DNA of 26,775 nucleotides from a bacterium (GTDB lineage Bacteria; Zixibacteria; MSB-5A5; GN15; FEB-12): NCBI GenBank assembly GCA_030640905.1, contig DAOWIM010000082.1, positions 1 to 26,775 of the forward strand, read 5' to 3'. Shown piece by piece: positions 25,594 to 26,775 of this stretch (position 1 is its first letter; each line of letters starts with the position of its first letter). The notes under the pieces were generated by a model. It saw only the letters and a program-made list of their open reading frames with translations, ran no database searches and was not told where the DNA came from. The position numbers and the translations under genes were made by a program.

Positions 25594-25968
25594 CTAACCC
25601 ACTACGTAGTCAGCCGAAAAACTCTTCTCCTTCTCACCATCCTTGTAATGACCACTGACTTTCACCGCCATCCCGAGAGTGTGCGACCCGCTGTCGCTAA
25701 TACCAACAAACGAAACCGACACATTGTACAGACGCTTTTCGTGCAAGTCGATCGCATTTCGCAGACTGGCGCGAATGTCGGCTTTGTTCGCCGAGTACAA
25801 GTCGGAGAACTCCTTGTCCCAGATATCGCAACCGTAGGTCGGGCTGAAAGTCATCATCCCCGGTCGCGAACTAAGCAACAGACCAATTGAATAGGTAATT
25901 GACTCATGGAGATCAGCCGAGTCGAGATGTCCGTCCCGCAGGACAAAAGGAAGCGCCAGATGTTTCAT
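25594..25968 (-). CDS. tssE: GPW/gp25-family baseplate protein TssE
   Basis: LPF...ESI...IGLLLSSRPG...FSPTYGCDIWD..F...EKRL..V.V; AAGGA SD. Confidence 0.88.
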   Translation of the reverse strand: MKHLALPFVLRDGHLDSADLHESITYSIGLLLSSRPGMMTFSPTYGCDIWDKEFSDLYSANKADIRASLRNAIDLHEKRLYNVSVSFVGISDSGSHTLGMAVKVSGHYKDGEKEKSFSADYVVG

Positions 25969-25975
25969 CTATTCC

Positions 25976-26773
25976 TTAGTTTATCTTTACCAGTGAACCC
26001 TTGATATTAAGGATAGCGGCAGAGTCAACATCAACACCACCGGTGCCCTTTAGCGCCAGTTGCCCGGTCGCTTCAACTTTCGTGTTTGCCATCGACTTGA
26101 GCTCTATACCCTGGTCAGCCTCAAGTTTGATATTAGCGCCTTTCAGGCTGATATCACCCGTGGCTGTGATGCTGATGTCGCCCTTGCTTTCAATGCTGAT
26201 CGATGGTCCGCCCTTCTCCAGAACAATTGTATTCTCTCCCGTAGCGTTGATTATCTTAATCTCTTCACTGCCGCTGGTATCGGTAATCCGTATCTCGTTA
26301 CCACCCTTGGTCAGAAACACCTTGGTCTCATTCTTATTATCGGGAACAACCGGCGGTTTATCCGGACCACCATTGTAGAGTGACCCCAACGCAATTGGCA
26401 AGTCAGGGTTACCGGCAACAAACCCCACCAGAACCTCGTCGCCCACTTCCGGCATCGTCACAATTCCACGTTCAGATCCCGCGTGCGGCGATACATACCG
26501 TATCCACGAACTATCGATCCCCAACGCAGGAAGATTGACCTTGATCCGTGCGATCGCCTCGGGATCATCAAGGTCGACAACCGTGCCGGTCTGCAGTTTG
26601 GTCACCGAAGGTCGCGCAGTTTTCTTCGCAGGGAAAGCAACATCAAGAGGCGATGAGACAAACTTGTTGTGGTATTTGCCGCTGTCGTCAAAGACATGCT
26701 TGACCTCTGTGACCCAGAACAGTCCATCGAGTTTGGCCATCCCCTCCACTTTGACGCACTGGCCTACCTTGAC
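25976..26773 (-). CDS. vgrG: VgrG/gp5-type spike protein, C-terminal part (OB-fold + beta-helix); frame open past the right edge
   Basis: FWVTEVKHVF, ARIKVNLP, WIRYVSPHAG..RG...PEVGDEVLVGF..GNPD.PI.LGSLYNG, C-terminal KGSLVKIN. No stop upstream of 26749 (..VKVGQCVKV..), so the true start lies outside the window. Confidence 0.92.
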   Translation of the reverse strand, partial: VKVGQCVKVEGMAKLDGLFWVTEVKHVFDDSGKYHNKFVSSPLDVAFPAKKTARPSVTKLQTGTVVDLDDPEAIARIKVNLPALGIDSSWIRYVSPHAGSERGIVTMPEVGDEVLVGFVAGNPDLPIALGSLYNGGPDKPPVVPDNKNETKVFLTKGGNEIRITDTSGSEEIKIINATGENTIVLEKGGPSISIESKGDISITATGDISLKGANIKLEADQGIELKSMANTKVEATGQLALKGTGGVDVDSAAILNIKGSLVKIN

Positions 26774-26775
26774 AG

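Noticed and set aside
1-26775. Head module and T6SS baseplate forming one DNA-delivering phage-like particle
   Set aside because: They are separate transcription units about 14 kb apart, TssK plus membrane proteins indicate a cell-anchored T6SS, and nothing in the sequence links them.
21464-26775. Extracellular contractile injection system (eCIS/Afp) instead of T6SS
   Set aside because: TssK- and TssF/G-type proteins and adjacent inner-membrane components are T6SS features. No Afp11/BaseplateJ-, DUF4255- or Afp15-like gene is visible in the window.

Overview
Bacterial window of moderately high GC, probably from a diderm FCB-type lineage. Candidate Zixibacteria is a low-confidence guess from the PEP-CTERM, cohesin-like and CsgG/TPR gene content. 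Four blocks are present. (1) 1-4800: a phage-type DNA-packaging/head module on the minus strand, ordered portal, large terminase, then prohead protease (cut by the left edge). It is interleaved with two plus-strand PEP-CTERM genes, each with a sigma-54 promoter and shared upstream palindromes. No small terminase or integrase is visible, and the terminase seems to start at an ATA overlapping the portal stop (ATAA). (2) 4900-10720: TPR lipoprotein, cohesin-like secreted protein, standalone Cas4/RecB-like Fe-S nuclease and two glycosyltransferases. (3) 10860-17620: a probable operon of a membrane Ser/Thr kinase, two CsgG/HfaB-TPR paralogs, an outer-membrane beta-barrel and an LRR lipoprotein. (4) 17700-26775: the 3' part of an atypical type VI secretion operon (vgrG, tssE, tssF, PASTA-like-fused tssG, tssK). 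Its baseplate proteins resemble the Bacteroidota type, but they are followed by a TssL-topology protein, a short TssM-like P-loop NTPase membrane protein and a small VirB10/TrbI-like secreted protein instead of recognisable tssJ or tssN-R. All family assignments come from motif recognition by eye; no database searches were run.
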